The notes under the pieces were generated by a model. The model was not told where the DNA came from and ran no database searches. It saw only the letters and a list, made by a program, of their open reading frames with translations. This document shows positions 13,166 through 27,200 of a stretch of 64,000 bases of DNA, piece after piece. The translations under genes and the position numbers were made by a program. The first letter of the stretch is position 1. Each line of letters opens with the position of its first letter. Source of the DNA: Octopus sinensis (Eukaryota); contig NC_043009.1 of assembly GCF_006345805.1 (NCBI RefSeq), positions 15,128,001 to 15,192,000 of the forward strand, in the 5' to 3' direction.

Positions 13166-14137
13166 GTTTGTGTGTTTGCATGAATGTACGTATGTATTAT
13201 AAATGCATGTATGTATGCATCACCTATACCTATATATAATATATATATACATACATATGTCCATAAGGTACACAAAAAGGATTTACGCAGAGACGTACGC
13301 ACGCTCACACTCATACGCACGTACACACACCACGCATGTATACATATGTATATCGGAAAAAAAGAAAAATAGAAAAAAGTTATTTATGTATAACTTCTGA
13401 AAGAGGCGATGGACATACACATAAAGAAAGTTATGATCATATAAAAACAGCAGCAGAAGAAACATTAGTAGTTCCTTGTACATTTTTGCTAAATCGTATA
13501 TACTCTAACCAGCATTGTACAAACATATATTTGTGTACATGCCATAGTATAAAACTAGTTCTCTTATGATATATGAATACTTTGACATCATACCATATAT
13601 TCACCGCATTTGTTTCCCTTTTATATATAAATGTATATTTTTATTCGTTTGGGTATATATGTGAGCAATTAGGTGTGCATGTCTATATAGGCGCGTATCT
13701 ATGTATTTTGACAGGTTATTAATAAATACATTATATATGACCTCTATTGAACACTAATATATAGCGTTATTTACTGGTGAATTGTGGTTTTTTTTTTTCG
13801 TTTTATTTTCTTCACTCGGTTTTGTAAAGTATTTTGTATGTATCGAGATACTAACGTCTGAGTTGGTAAGAAGTACCTTTTTAACTGAGGTGTCTTTCAG
13901 TGGCTTCCATAGCTGGACACGCTCGGGTGACCTAAAGCAAACTGTCTATGGGGATATCAACCATGCAAGGGTAATTAGGTGAGCCGAAAGACATGAAGAC
14001 TGACATTGCGATGTGTCTGAATCTCAGAAAACCCTTACAGTCACTTGAAATGTCCTGCCGAGTCTTTCAGCGTTTAACCTCAACTGAATTCGCGGATTGA
14101 ATAATTTAAAATGGCAAATTGTTGTTTGTTTCTTTTC

Positions 14138-14373
14138 GAGCCATGCCTGGTTCATAACGGCCGGTTTCCTGGTATCTCTGGCGTATAGGTTCCCCACTTG
14201 GACGAGGAAAGGGTGAGAGAAACTTGTGAGGAAAGAGTCAGCAGAAGTTTGCCATTACCTTCTGCTGGAGCCGCGGGGAACTCAGGTGTTTCGCTCATAA
14301 GCACACACATCGCCCGGTCTGAGATTCGAACCCGCGACTCCGCTACACAATCCACTAAGCCATGTGCCACCAC
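14138..14373 (-). mobile_element. tRNA-derived SINE
   Basis: Reverse complement starts GTGGTGGCACATGGCTTAGTGG...GGGTTCGAATCTC (A and B boxes), followed by a CORE-like block and GGTAATGGCAAAC. Confidence 0.7.
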
Positions 14374-14404
14374 AACACTTCAAGTGAGTCCTATATATTG
14401 TATC

Positions 14405-14730
14405 TTTTAATTGTTTCAGTTAGTTAACTGTGGCCATGCTGCAGCACCGCCTTTAATTGAACAAATCGACACTAGAACATATTCGTTTTTTGTACTTATT
14501 CTATTGGTGTTTTTGCCGAACCATTAGTTTAAAGGGACGTTAGGGGGACAAAAACAGACACACAAATATATATATATATATATTTCCGTCTACGAAATCC
14601 CCTCAGAAGGCTTTGATCGGCTTGAAGCTATAATAGAAGACACTTGCCCAAGGCGTGATGCAGTGGGGCTAAACCTAGAACCGTGTGGCTGGAAATCAAG
14701 CGTCCTACCACACGGCCCCTTCCTTCGCCT
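14405..14730 (-). mobile_element. CORE-like tRNA SINE, internally deleted
   Basis: agaagacacttgcccaagg and ctaccacacggcc match the reverse complement of the 5' part of the 26820 element; the 3' part lies at about 14410-14550. Confidence 0.8.
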
Positions 14731-14989
14731 ATTTTGAGCAAACATATATCATTTTATTATTTCTTGGGCATCAAGCACTTTGGAAACCATAGTTTTACAT
14801 TGCTAACACAATAATAGATTAATGAACAGCACATAACAAATTCACACATTTAATGAATTAAGAGTCAATGATATAAAAATTTCATTCGAGGCGTAAGTTT
14901 TAATTTGTCGTTTCTATGATTAAACGATTTCTATTACTAAGATCAGTAATACGAAAGACGAGTGTAATACAGAAGATACTAGCAATAAA

Positions 14990-16340
14990 CCACACACACA
15001 CACACACATACACACTGACACACGCACACACACACATGTTTGTATGTATTTGTATATGTATATGTGTATATTTTTGTATAGATATGTATGTATATATATA
15101 TATATATGTGTATGTGGAGGGTGTATATGTGTGTCTATATATATGTATGTATGTATATATATATATATATATACACAATGCACACATAACCCGACACACA
15201 TCTTCACGTTCACAAACATACACACGCACGCACGTACACACATACACACATACATATACACACATACGCACACATACATACACACACGCACATATACACA
15301 CGCACATAATACACGCACACACACATACACTCACACACACTAGCATAGGTTTGAACATATACTTCCAACACACACAATACACATACAGACACGCACACAA
15401 TTATACTCACATGGGCACAAACATACACACATACACGCACAGACGCACGTAAGCACACGCACACAAACATACCCTCGCAGATACATACAGCTACACACAT
15501 ATACGCCCACACAAACCCCACACAAAATCCCACAAACTACCCACGCACACACGCATACAGAAATTCACATACACACACATACATATAAACACACATACAA
15601 ACATATACATACGCATATACATATAGACACATACACTCACATGCACACACACAAGCGCTCACATACGCACATGAATGCGCACGTAACTAACACTCACAAC
15701 CCCACGCGCTCCCACGCGCACACATAAACACGCACACATACACACATACACAACTACCCGCACATACACATGTACACGCACACACACACAGGCATACATG
15801 CGCAAAAAACGCACCTATACCCCTACACAACCCCTCGTTCACACACACATGCACACACAAAATACACACGCACATAGTCACACATGTACACACGAACATA
15901 CACTCACAAGCAAACACGTGTATATACGCACGCACACGCAAATGAACCCACACATTCCTCCCATACACTCACAGGACACACTCTTACAAACACACACCCA
16001 ATTATGCATACATGTACACACATATACGCACATACAAGCATACATGCACATATACGCAAAGTAAAGTAGTGTTACTCCCCACACACACAACTTCTACGCA
16101 TACACACATACACACACGAACATGAACACACATATATACATATACACGCACACACTTCAAACAAAACACAGACACTACATATACATACACGCACACACAC
16201 ATACTTCAAACTATCAATACCTTCTACTGACCATTCACACATAGATAAACAGCCACAACCACACACACACAAACACACGTGCTATAATTACACACACACA
16301 GACCTGCGGGCACACACATATCCATACATACACAAACACA
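14990..16340. repeat. Degenerate CA/TA-rich low-complexity tract
   Basis: Direct inspection; explains the overlapping His/Thr and Val/Cys ORFs. Confidence 0.9.
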
Positions 16341-16589
16341 CCTCCTCTTGCACTCTCCTCTCTTTGAAATAATTTTTTCTTCACCCATTCCCTCCCGGTC
16401 ATTTCGATACGTGACCGCGTTTTTATCGTTGGCGATTTTCTTTCTCCGTTTACTAAATATTAAATGTTCACATTATAACAATGAATAAATAATTTGATTG
16501 CATAATTTCAGATTTAAGGAAAATTCTAATGATTATAAGTTTGTCTATTTAATTCTGTTATGTATACACACACACACATATACAATGAC

Positions 16590-16850
16590 ATTCCGTCGGT
16601 TACGATGGTGTGTGCTCCAGTTGATCCAACCAATGGAAGAGCCTTGTCGTAAAATTGGCATGTTCGTGGCTGAACAATTCACAGACACATATGCCCTTAA
16701 CCTAGATTCTGTGTGACAGAGAATGTGATGAGGCTGGCTCTTTGAATTGTGGTTACAACACGGTTATCCTAGCTGAATGGACTGCAGCAACGAGAAATAC
16801 AGTGTATTGTTGAAGGACAGAACAATACTGCAGGGGCTCGAAATCTAGTC
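16590..16850 (-). mobile_element. Old tRNA-derived SINE
   Basis: Degenerate B-box (reverse complement of ggggctcgaaatc) and CORE-like block; loosely similar to 23615-23875. Confidence 0.45.
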
Positions 16851-18081
16851 TTTACAAATGGAAGCCCCACCCGTTCCTTATCTATATATTGATTGATAAG
16901 GCCACATAGTACGTTCTATGTATCATCGTATAAGATCATTTCAGAAGGAAACTGCTCTTACTGTAACATTTTAAAGGGTAATCCACTTTTAAGTGTTAGG
17001 ACTACTAACCTGGTTTGTCGGAGACATGTTTAAATCCTGCAAAGATTCTTAAATCTCAGCCTTCATTTATGTTCGATCAACTTAACAGGTTCACACCATT
17101 ATTGACAGATATTTCACGAATTTGCATATCAGCTTGTTTCATAAAGTCATGTATATATTAACGGGCTTTATAACATTTATACTCTTTCTACATTTTTTCT
17201 AATTTTTACTTATCTCTGTCTCTCATAGGATTACAGCATATCTCCCAATAAGTAGGAGACATTGTATGAGATGTAGCAAACGAGTCAAATAACTTCGCCT
17301 TTCAAATCAAAAATATTCTATTTCGCCGTTGTCCAGAACATATTTCAAAAGGTAAGGGTATCCGTAATATTCATTTGACAATATTTTTTCCTATCTGTCC
17401 ATATGCTCAACAGAATGTTTTATTTGAATAGTTACTGATATCTTCAAACGCATTTTACACCAACTTCACGTGTCATATTATTTTCGTAAGATATTACTTT
17501 CAACATGGAAATATAGGTATCTATAAAATAAACTAAGGAACTGAACTCTATTGAGGAGACATTGCAGTAAACACGGCGATAGATGCTAATCTCATTACAT
17601 CGTTTGATCCTTTGCTTATTAGTAAAAATATTGCAAGAGTTAGGATTAGTATCAATGCAAGATAACGGTGTTCATTAACAAGCTGCCGATGGGACAAAAA
17701 CAACGACAACCTATATTTTGAGCAATATAAATGCCGCATTAGCTAATTTGCTCGAGAAATATGTGGATCGTGAACTGTATAAATATGATGCATACATTAG
17801 CACGTATGCTGCTGTGAGAGCATAAATGTACATATATCCTTGAACGTGCGTGCAGAGATGAAAGGGGGAAATAAGTTGATTGATTCTGTTAGATTAAAGG
17901 ACCAATTCTATATAGTCGACAATATAGAATATAAAGACTAGGAAATGCGTATATATAAGATATGGCAATTGAGAGTGGATCATCATATAAATTGGAAAAA
18001 CAGTGAATTTATTTATTATGTAAATATATATACATAAACACAGCCACACAAGAACATATGTATGTACACGCTTTCTCAGGA

Positions 18082-18200
18082 AAAATCTGCAGAGGTCAAT
18101 GTTGTCCGTTCATCCTTTCGGGATCGATTACATAAAGTATCAGTCACTTAATGGGGCCAGTGTACTCGACGGTCATCATCCCAGAAATCCCATCCAAAAT
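18082..18200 (+). mobile_element. Meta-domain SINE fragment
   Basis: ttcatcctttcgggatcgattacataaagtatcagt matches the core of the 44973 copy. Confidence 0.6.
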
Positions 18201-18214
18201 GAGAAAGAGATGTT

Positions 18215-19232
18215 ATTATTAATAAAAATGTTTACTTTAATCTGCATGTTTGTTACAGTCACTTGCCGAGACGCACCCAGTGTCCTGGAGCGATTGAAGG
18301 ATAAGATATTTTACAGTATGACTGAAAGATTGGGGAGGGTATGTAGAGAAATATTTTCATGTAATACATTTGGATAGATAGGCTTTTTCTCAGCATGTGT
18401 GCAGTACTTGTCAGTACAATCTTTTGCACTTCCCTGAGTCATGGTTCTCCTGGGATATTATCTCAATGTTTCTGACATCCCATTTTTATCATACGTATGG
18501 TACCTACAATAACGAACAGTTTTAAGATGCGACATCTTTTGTATTTCAATTTCCGGATCCTGATATTTACTTATTTTGTCAAATTCCTTGACAGATATAT
18601 TTTTAGCAGTGGGGTATTTAATGAATATATGTGGAAGGATAGATCTCTATTCGAAGAAAGCGTATATTCTGCCAGCTAATGTTGATGTGAGGGTCTAGTA
18701 GGTGATGTTCAGACATGTTATTAGTCGGTAGTTTTGGGGATCTTTTTGTGTCTTCAGTTTTGGTAGTAGTTATGTTGTTCCTTCGGTCAGCCTGGCAGGT
18801 ATTTGCTCTGTATTATATTCACTTTTCTGTCTCCATATCTCTTCCATTTCCTCAGTCTTAGGTGGTTCCTTTACTTCTATCTTATTTTGGCCAATTTCCC
18901 TAATTTCTTTGGATCTGCCTTGTTTCGTCGATAAAATTTGATTCTGTTCTCATACCTTCCATGCCGTTGAGCTTTCAGTTTTATTCGTTGTTTCAATTCT
19001 TCCTTAGTTGCAGGGAGGTTTATAAAATATTTGATTTTATGTTTGTGCTTGATTTTTCTAACTCGTTTTGTCTTAACATATAACCCTCTAGTAAGTTCTT
19101 CGAGAACTGGTACATCCGCTCGCAGAAATTCAATCTCTTTTTGTATTGTAAATTTCCACTTAGGAGGTTTATTGATATGGGTGGTCCTTTTCTGTGTCTT
19201 CCTGATATCTAGTTGAGCAGTTATAATTTTAC
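18215..19232 (-). mobile_element. Internally deleted R4/Dong-like LINE
   Basis: PPKWKFTIQKEIEFLRADV...KLKAQRHGRYENRIKFYRRNK (N-terminal region) joined through a short RT-start remnant to the C-terminal VIVGTIRMIK...LREVQKIVLTSTAHMLRKSL. Confidence 0.65.
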
Positions 19233-21960
19233 AGTTCTTCTTTAACTGGAGGTCCAGACAGAACCAGACCCCAAGAAGTTTAATCGGACACTCCATCCAA
19301 AGTCCTACGACGTTGTCAGGAAGTATCGACTTGCCCCTCCAGGTACCGAGTTGCAAACGGATTGACTTTCCACGATTGCCCTTTGCTCCTACCACCGTTT
19401 GGTATTCCTTAATGGCATAATGGCATCGCCTACCCTCTATAGGTGTTCCAATTCGTATACGATGATGGTGATGTCATCCGCGTACGCTGTTACCGACTCT
19501 CCATATCCTGGCTTTCTCGGGATATTCCCCATTGCCTCCAACTCTCGCAATAATGACTCAAGAGTTAATACATACAAAAGTGGGGAGAAAGGGTACCCTT
19601 GACGAACCGATCGTTTGTTGCAGAACGGCTTCGAAAAGAAATCCTTCACTGAAATATCAAATAGATGTTGCCATACATGGCGATGATCCAAGGAAGGAAT
19701 TTCAGATTCAAGTCGAACGCCACGAGGACTGACACCACGTACCGATGATCAACCCTATCGGAAGCTTTAGCTTGGTCTAAATTGACCACTACTCCACCCG
19801 AGTCAGGTTTACTACTTATCCCCTCTAAGGTATAACTTATAAAGTGGAGATTGTCTTGAATACTTCTGCCGAGAATAGCACCGGTTTGTGTTTTCCCAAC
19901 GAGTCCATCAGTGACAAGCGCCAAACCTTTCGCTAAAACCTTGTCCAAAATCTTCAAATCCGTGTTTAACAGAGTGATGGGCCCAAAATTATCTAATGAA
20001 TCCCCCTTGTTCGGGTTCTTCCTAACCAGTGTCACCAGTCTCCGACATACAGATCTGTTTGGCATAATATTATATAATTCATAGGGTAGACCATCAAGTC
20101 CCGGTGCATTGTTTCCGCTATAGTCCACTGTAGCATCCTCCACCTCCGCAACCGTGATCGGCCCTTCACAGCGCTTCATTTCACGCCCGAGAGACGCGTC
20201 AGCTCGGTAAGGAAGTCCGTAAGGTCCCTCCTATTCTCCGGTCCCTCGCTCCTCCCAAAAAGTTGAGCGAAGTACTACTGAAAGGCTACACACACCTCCT
20301 CAGATTCGTTTACCAGCTTAACTTTTTGATTCGTGAAAGATCTTACTGTGGCATAATTGCAAAGTTGAGCTTCTAACATTGAGCCCATCCATCAGCCTTG
20401 ATTCCCTCACATTCCATTGCATGAATTCTAGCTCTGATAATGCTTCCCATGTGTTTAGCTTCGATGTGCTGGTTTGATCCCAGTCTCTTTGCCAACACCA
20501 GGGTTGCAGAACCAGTCCTCATTTTCTCTTCTAATGCATTAATTAGTGCTCTTTCCTTCCTAGTCTCCATAGCCTTTAGTCCTATGCTATATCTAACAGA
20601 TTCAAATTTTTATGGCCCGGTTTGAGGGCATACCACCATTTATTGGTAAAAATACCACCGGTCAATGTCTTCTCTACTAACAGCTTAATGTGTCTCCTGT
20701 ACTCCTCGTCCGCCAAAAGGAACATGTTGATATTCCAGTAGCTGAATCCTAGTCTATGAAGCCTCTCTATGTCGATCTTACAGGTTACAAGCTTCTGATC
20801 TCTATAGCTGACATGATGAAACTGTGAACACTTCGCTAGGTTTCTATCATTAATTCTAAGGAATAACCTGACTAGGTAAGTTCTGGAAGATTTATCGCTA
20901 CTTGAACATGTCCACACTGAAGCGCTCGGGAATTCCAATCTGTAGGGATCTGCTAGCTGAAAGCGACTTAGCAGATCCTTGAGGCAAGGGTTACCCCTCT
21001 AGCAAAGCAGCATCCACTTCTGGTGGTATTTCATTTATTTTTAATTTTGACGTTCTTCTCCTCAAGTACGTGGGGTAGCAGAAATACCTCCTCCGTCCTT
21101 AAAATCTTTGTAGAATTATGCCTGGATTTCTCGTCGTTGGTGATTCTCATTTCGATGGCATCAAACTTCTTCGCACGTGTTATGGAGATGATGTCTGACT
21201 AGATTGGTCTGAGACACCTCTTTGCCACGTCTCTAGACGCCATGTCTGTTTTTCTCTCTTTTACAATGCATGTTTTAAATTTTATAGTTGTCCTGTTGTT
21301 AAGTGCATAATTTCACTTGGAGGGTCTATTTGGACTTCCATCGCCTCATTTTTTTAACTTTCAAATTCCTAATTTCGCTCAACTCAGTGTTCAGCTTCCT
21401 TGATGACGTATTTGCTGCTTCAGCAAAATTGGCTTCTGGTGTAGGTGGAGGCGACACTGGCGACAAGGTAACGTTAATATTGACACATCCAATTATTGAT
21501 TTTGACAGTTGTCTTTTTCTTTCTGACTCAGCTTAATCGCACTTTATTTATTTGTTGTTTTTCTTTGTTTTTTTATATTAAACAAGATTTTGGCTAACGC
21601 CCCACAGAAAATACAATAATTCCCCATTCAAACAAGGGAGAAATTATAACAAGAGGACTGCTACAGGCAGACACAACAGTTTTTTTCAACAATATACAAT
21701 GCAGCAAAACAATGTTAACAATCCATTCACAATAAAACACAATGCAATCATATCAGGAAAACTTCCAAAGAATTGATTGACACAACTCCAGAATCAAATC
21801 ACATTCTTGACACATTTCTGGTTATTACATTGTTCAACTGCAGATAAGTTAAAATAGACAAGCGAAATTAAGAATTCAATTGATTATCCAGTTCAAAGAT
21901 AAAGAATTTCCTACAGGTTCTACTCAATTTCACTTCAAGAACACAGCTCAGGCGGCCCTC
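19233..21960 (-). mobile_element. L1/Tx1-clade LINE, degraded (partial ORF1, end of APE endonuclease, RT)
   Basis: APGLDGLPYELY, PITLLNTDLKILDKVLA, GRSIQDNL, LDQAKASDRVDH, VRQGYPFSPLLY, AYADDIT, IKLLGVWF; endonuclease tail DQKLV...SYWNIN; ORF1-like PTYLRRR...NEIPPEVD near 21010-21090. The 5' boundary is approximate. Confidence 0.88.
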
Positions 21961-21989
21961 TGAAACATCTCATTTTAATTTTACTCATA

Positions 21990-22834
21990 TTTTTATTTTT
22001 GTATCTAGTCAAGAATGTTGAGAAAACCTACGGTTACGAAAAGGGACCACATCAGAAAATTTATTAAGGCGTTTGGGTCCAAAACATTTAAGAATCAAGT
22101 ACGATTCCCTTAGGCATAATCCACATCTGTTTAAATTAGCATTAAAATGGGGGGGGGCCTCAAACAGGACTGACTATTCAGTAGTATGACTCATATTTCT
22201 CCTCTTCAAATCATGAATATAGGATACCAACGTCGTAGAACTACAGTATTTGGCATTCGAAAATGAGCTCATGTGGGCCCTATATCTCCTTTTAAAATCA
22301 CTAGTGCTCCCAATATATTCCCTAACTAAATTATTCTCCTCTCTAACAATACGTTTATAGACTAGGTTTTTTCTTAAGCAAAACCCCTTGAAGGGACATA
22401 AATTTGGGGTTTTGGAATTACAACTAAATTTAGGAGGTCCCACCAGTCCCTGCAAATTTAATAGGTTCCACATTTTCTCCTACAGAATAATACCCAAGAG
22501 CGGAATCATCAACGCCTGAAGGCAGGGAAGAGTGCAACAGTTCATCATGATCTCCTGGATTATTAACGCTATTATTGGCACGCACATCTGCAACAAGTGC
22601 CAAATGACGCCTTCCATTTATTTTACTTCTATTCCAAAAAGCAATAATGGAACCCAAGTTTGGTGTTACCGAGTATGAAAACTTAATTGAAGATCTATTG
22701 CAGATAGACTAATGCTTGTGGCCTTTCGGGAAATTTTTCTCGAAAATTTTGAAAAGCAACTGCAGTCCTATTTTTATTTTTGCTTTTCGGTTTAAAGAAA
22801 CTGCCTTTCAATTTAACGAAGTGATTAACCTATC

Positions 22835-22838
<4 letters not shown>
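21990..22838 (-). mobile_element. PLE fragment (Cys linker and GIY-YIG endonuclease)
   Basis: CNSKTPNLCPFKGFCLRKNLVYK...EYIGSTSDFKRRYRAHMSSF...TTLVSYIHDLK, with upstream FPKGHKH..IKFSYSVTPNLGSII; abuts (TA)n at 22839. Confidence 0.85.
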
Positions 22839-22910
<72 letters not shown>

Positions 22911-23614
22911 ATACAGATGAAATTACCACAGCTTACATTGATGTAGAGATATCAGAAGATCATCCACTAGCACTGTTAAATGTATGTTCAAAATTGAGTT
23001 TAAGTAAATCCATCTCGTAAGTTTGAACAGTAATGAGTTAACAGTAATTCCATATATTCGAAGCCTGTTTGTGAAATCTAACTTCGACGACAATCGACAC
23101 TATGGTAATAAATGATATAATTATAGTCAAAGCATTGAAACATCATGTAACAAGTAGAACATTTTTTAAAATTATATAGGAAATGCTACAGTGTGATTAA
23201 CTTTCTTTCGGATATTGTTCAAGGAAACGGAGTGACAATTCTCAAAAGGAATTGTGAAAATATTAATTCAAGTGACAGATGTGGCGTTTATATCAACTGT
23301 TTATTTTCCACTCGAAATGCATGACAGCAGTAAGAGATGTCTCAAGTGACATGTTATGCTGCTTCGATGCAACTCTAAGAAATATTTCTCTCACAGTCGG
23401 ATATACTTAATGACTGTCTTTAGATTTATTGTCAGTATTAAGAAAACAAAATATTTACTTTTCTATAAAAAGCTTATCCCAAGTACTATAGTTATTCACT
23501 GCACCATAATTGTCGACTTTCACATTCACTATAGTAAATGTTTAAGAACTCACTGAGATAATGCCCCACAATTATATTTCCTCGTATCGTATTTGTCTGT
23601 TTGTATTTGTGTAC

Positions 23615-23875
23615 GGTATGGTACATGCCTTAGTGGTTGACGTGTTCGGCTCACGATATTAATATCTTGGGTTCAATTCATGAACAGAATTGCGTGTTGC
23701 ATCAAGAAGAAAGCATTTCATTTTAGGTTCCTTCACTCTACTTAGATGAAACGCGTGCATATCTTTTCGTCACCTGTCACACACTGCATAGTCAAGAAAG
23801 TGATTATGTCTTGTCGTGGAAACACGAGCTTCAAAAGCAATTAACGAGAGCATTGTTCATGTTGTCGTGTTATAC
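23615..23875 (+). mobile_element. Old tRNA-derived SINE
   Basis: gccttagtggtt...gggttcaattc A/B boxes. Confidence 0.5.
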
Positions 23876-23957
23876 CACTCCAGGGCTGGCTATTGTACAT
23901 ATGTGTGTATGCCTGTGTGTGTATGTACGTATGCATGCATGTATGTATATATGTATA

Positions 23958-24248
23958 CAGGAGCGGACTGAGACTAAAATAAAAACTGCCAGGAAACTAA
24001 GGGGGCCCATCTGCAACTACAGTGCTATAATTTATTTTATTATTATAATTTTTCTTGTTAAAAGTATTCTTTTCAACAGTCTACAAACATAGCCAGGCTG
24101 AAATAAATAATGCTTTCTTCCAGGAGTGAATATAACATTCTCAAACTTAAGGGGATGGGCCCCTTAGATGGACCCCATGTATGGATTTTAATGTTGCAGG
24201 GGCCCACTTGCCATCGGGTAAGTTGGCAACCTGGCCAGTCCTCCACTG
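23958..24248. mobile_element. hAT-like MITE
   Basis: Ends CAGGAGCGGACTG and CAGTCCTCCACTG; subterminal gggggcccat/ggggcccac motifs; 8-bp flanks tatgtata and tatgtgta (one mismatch). Confidence 0.65.
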
Positions 24249-25098
24249 TATGTGTATATGTACGTATGCATCTATTTCCTTAATTCATTACAATGAGTTT
24301 CTATGCCATTATATTGAGCTAGCATTAATTAAACGAAAGATACATAGAGAAGTGATTAGATACATTACAACGGCTTTTATGCAATATTTACATTAACCCT
24401 GTGTGAAACATTACTTTCCTGAAAATTGTTCATCGATGTTTTTTTCCACAAAATCATGATAATATTTACAAATGTTTCCAGTACTTCCTTCAATGGTAGG
24501 TCCCATAAAATTCATAATTTGGACGTGTTAATTATAACACCGAAATATTGCAAAGTTCGATTTACATTTGAATTAGCTTTTGAGAGAGGAACAAGCTTTC
24601 AGAAATTATTTAGTTTGTTATACACTAAAAACAGGTACAAACTGGTAAATATGAATGAATAATATTCATCTATTATTTTGTTGGCATGAAAGTAATATAG
24701 TAACCCAATTTGTCAGCTTCATAATGAAATTGATCTTACTCTTGTTCATTAAGTGTTGAGTATTTTTGGTAAATAATCCAATTATGTCATATCAAAATTA
24801 TCGAATATATTTAGCCCGATTCAGTTCATTAAAATAATAGACTGTATCAGACAGGCAAAAATGAAGGGCATATTAGAGTTTTCCTTGGATTAATTTTCAC
24901 AATTTCAGCAACAATGGAAAATACCTACTTATATTTTTGCTCTAAATCAGTAGAGGACGAGTCGTTATATTGTCGATTAGAGCATATGTCGTTATTTTTT
25001 TTCTCCTTCAGCATTCTGGATTGAAATTCCGCCGTGGTAACATCTGTCACTTTTCACTACATTTTAAATATGATTTACAACATTGGGACAATAATGCC

Positions 25099-25144
<46 letters not shown>

Positions 25145-26144
25145 TATTTGTGTAATTTAAATGACCGCGTTTCTTTTTATTTATCAAACTTAAGCAGACA
25201 GGACGTGATATTTAGGTTAAGTGTGGACATTTCTGTGAAAATACTCGATCGTGTACACATTAATGGGCAAGTATTCAAGTGATCTGACAACTAACTGTTT
25301 ATTACCGAAATAAACAGTGAATCCTTATTTCAAGTGACATCTTAGTTTGTTCCTGAGGTTGTATTTTCCTTTGTTATTACATAATCCGATGTTAGAACTA
25401 TTATTTAAAATGCTTTATAGATGATAATGCTGGTATCTTTTTAAAATAAAGTGCTGGGTACCAAATTGGTCAAAGCTATTGCATCTCCTCTTACTACAAT
25501 AGTATTGCGTGAGTCTTCGAAGAATCTTCCACATATGGCGGGGATTTCCTTTACGCAACCCAAATCAACTGACTATCTCTAATATCTTACTCTAATAATT
25601 AGTATATTGCTTGAACGCATACCACATCCTGTCGTCGTCGATACATATTAAGATTCAAAATTCAAGTAGATATCATTCGTTACCTGCATCGTTCCAAGTG
25701 AAGAAGGCTACATATTCTTTGCCAAAAGCTTGAGTACCAGAATGACTCTTTGAAAGAAGGCGAATTCCATACAGAGTCATTATACTAACAGGAAACCAAA
25801 TATGAATTAACATGATCTTTTTCTAGTTTCGTTCCAAATTTACCAAAACTGGACAACGTAATTTAGAGCTTCAGTTGAAGCTAAATTGGTTGTCAATCGT
25901 ATCTGATGATTATGTGTTCATACTCTTATTAGCGATAATTTTACATAGAGAACCAAATGCTATTCAGAATAATGAATGCAAAAGAACTAGAATTGTGTAG
26001 GTCTTGAAACTTACGCGGGGCAGATGAAAGAGTTGAGAGATAGTTGCAATGAATGAAGAGGTATGTTCCCACCATTCTCTTTTGTCTCACTCTAACAGCT
26101 TCTCACTCACATACAAAAACAAATGCACAACCACAGACATTCCC

Positions 26145-26180
<36 letters not shown>

Positions 26181-26369
26181 TCATATCTCCGAGAGGTCAT
26201 TCCACTAAATGTAGTAACACTGTTACTACATTTTGGAATTTTAAAATCATAACGTTCTAAAGGTAATTTTCAGTTTCAAATATCATTTGCATACACAAAA
26301 TAATCAATTCTTTAATTGTTCGTTCTTTGAACCTGCCCTGACCAGTTACGCGTGATAAAAAAACAACTT

Positions 26370-26720
26370 ATTTAGTCACCTTGCACAGTATTACACCGGT
26401 TCCAGCGTTGCTGCCACTTTTGGAATCCGGCCTGGAAGTCCTGTTCCCTAAATGATTCAAGAACTTACTGTGATTCGTTCTTTGTCTCGGCAACGGTGTG
26501 AAAACGGTGACTTTGAACTGCATTTTTCTCTTGGGGAAGGAATAAAAGCCCGCAGGTGCTAAATCTGGCTAATAGAACGGGTGTGGAAGTGGTACCGTGT
26601 TGTTTTCGGCTAGAAACTACTCACGAACTAGGAGAGCTCGGTGATAGGGTGTATTGTCGTCGTGGACAATCCAATTTTTCGTGCACCACAGATCCGGTCG
26701 CTTTCGCCTTATTATCCAGG
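26370..26720 (-). mobile_element. Mariner transposase C-terminal pseudogene fragment
   Basis: RRKRPDLWCTKNWIVHDDNTPYHRA...LPHPFY*PDLAPAGFYSFPK...FQKWQQRWNRC matches the HDNA and YSPDLAP motifs. Confidence 0.85.
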
Positions 26721-26819
26721 AAAGTTTTCATACCACTTCGTATACCCAAACAGCGTGGAACGTTTTTCGAAAAGATAACTGCCTTAAAATAGTCATGTTT
26801 CTTATGTAGGTTTCTTATA

Positions 26820-27200
26820 GGCGTAGGAGTGGCTCTGTGGTAAGTAGCTTGCTTACGAACCACATGGTTCCGGGTTCAGTCCCACTGCGTGGCACCTTGG
26901 GCAAGTGTCTTCTACTATAGCCTCGGGCCTACCAAAGCCTTGTGAGTGAATTTGGTAGCTGGAAACTGAAAGAAACCCGTCGTATATGTGTATGTGTGTG
27001 TGTGTTTGTGTGTATGTGTTTGTCCCCCCAACATCGCTTGACAACCGATGCTGGTGTGTTTACTTCCTCGTAAGTTAGCGGTTCGGCAAAAGAGACCGAA
27101 GTACTACGCTTACAAAAATTAAGTTCTGCTCGACTAAAAGGCGATGCTCCAGCATGGCTACAGTCAAATGACTGAAACGAGTAAAAGAGTAAATAGAGTA
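26820..27200 (+). mobile_element. Near full-length CORE-like tRNA SINE
   Basis: GGAGTGGCTCTGTGGTAAG (A-box), GGGTTCAGTCCC (B-box), ACCTTGGGCAAGT CORE-like motif, internal TG repeat, 3' GAGTAAAA repeats. Short 3'-end relatives at about 12407-12452, 30978-31019 and 62660-62703. Confidence 0.85.

Noticed and set aside
25904-25930. CTGATGA followed by a small stem
   Set aside because: No GAAA core.
26199-26239. Short palindrome aaatgtagtaaca-c-tgttactacattt
   Set aside because: Real but isolated; no element context to interpret it.
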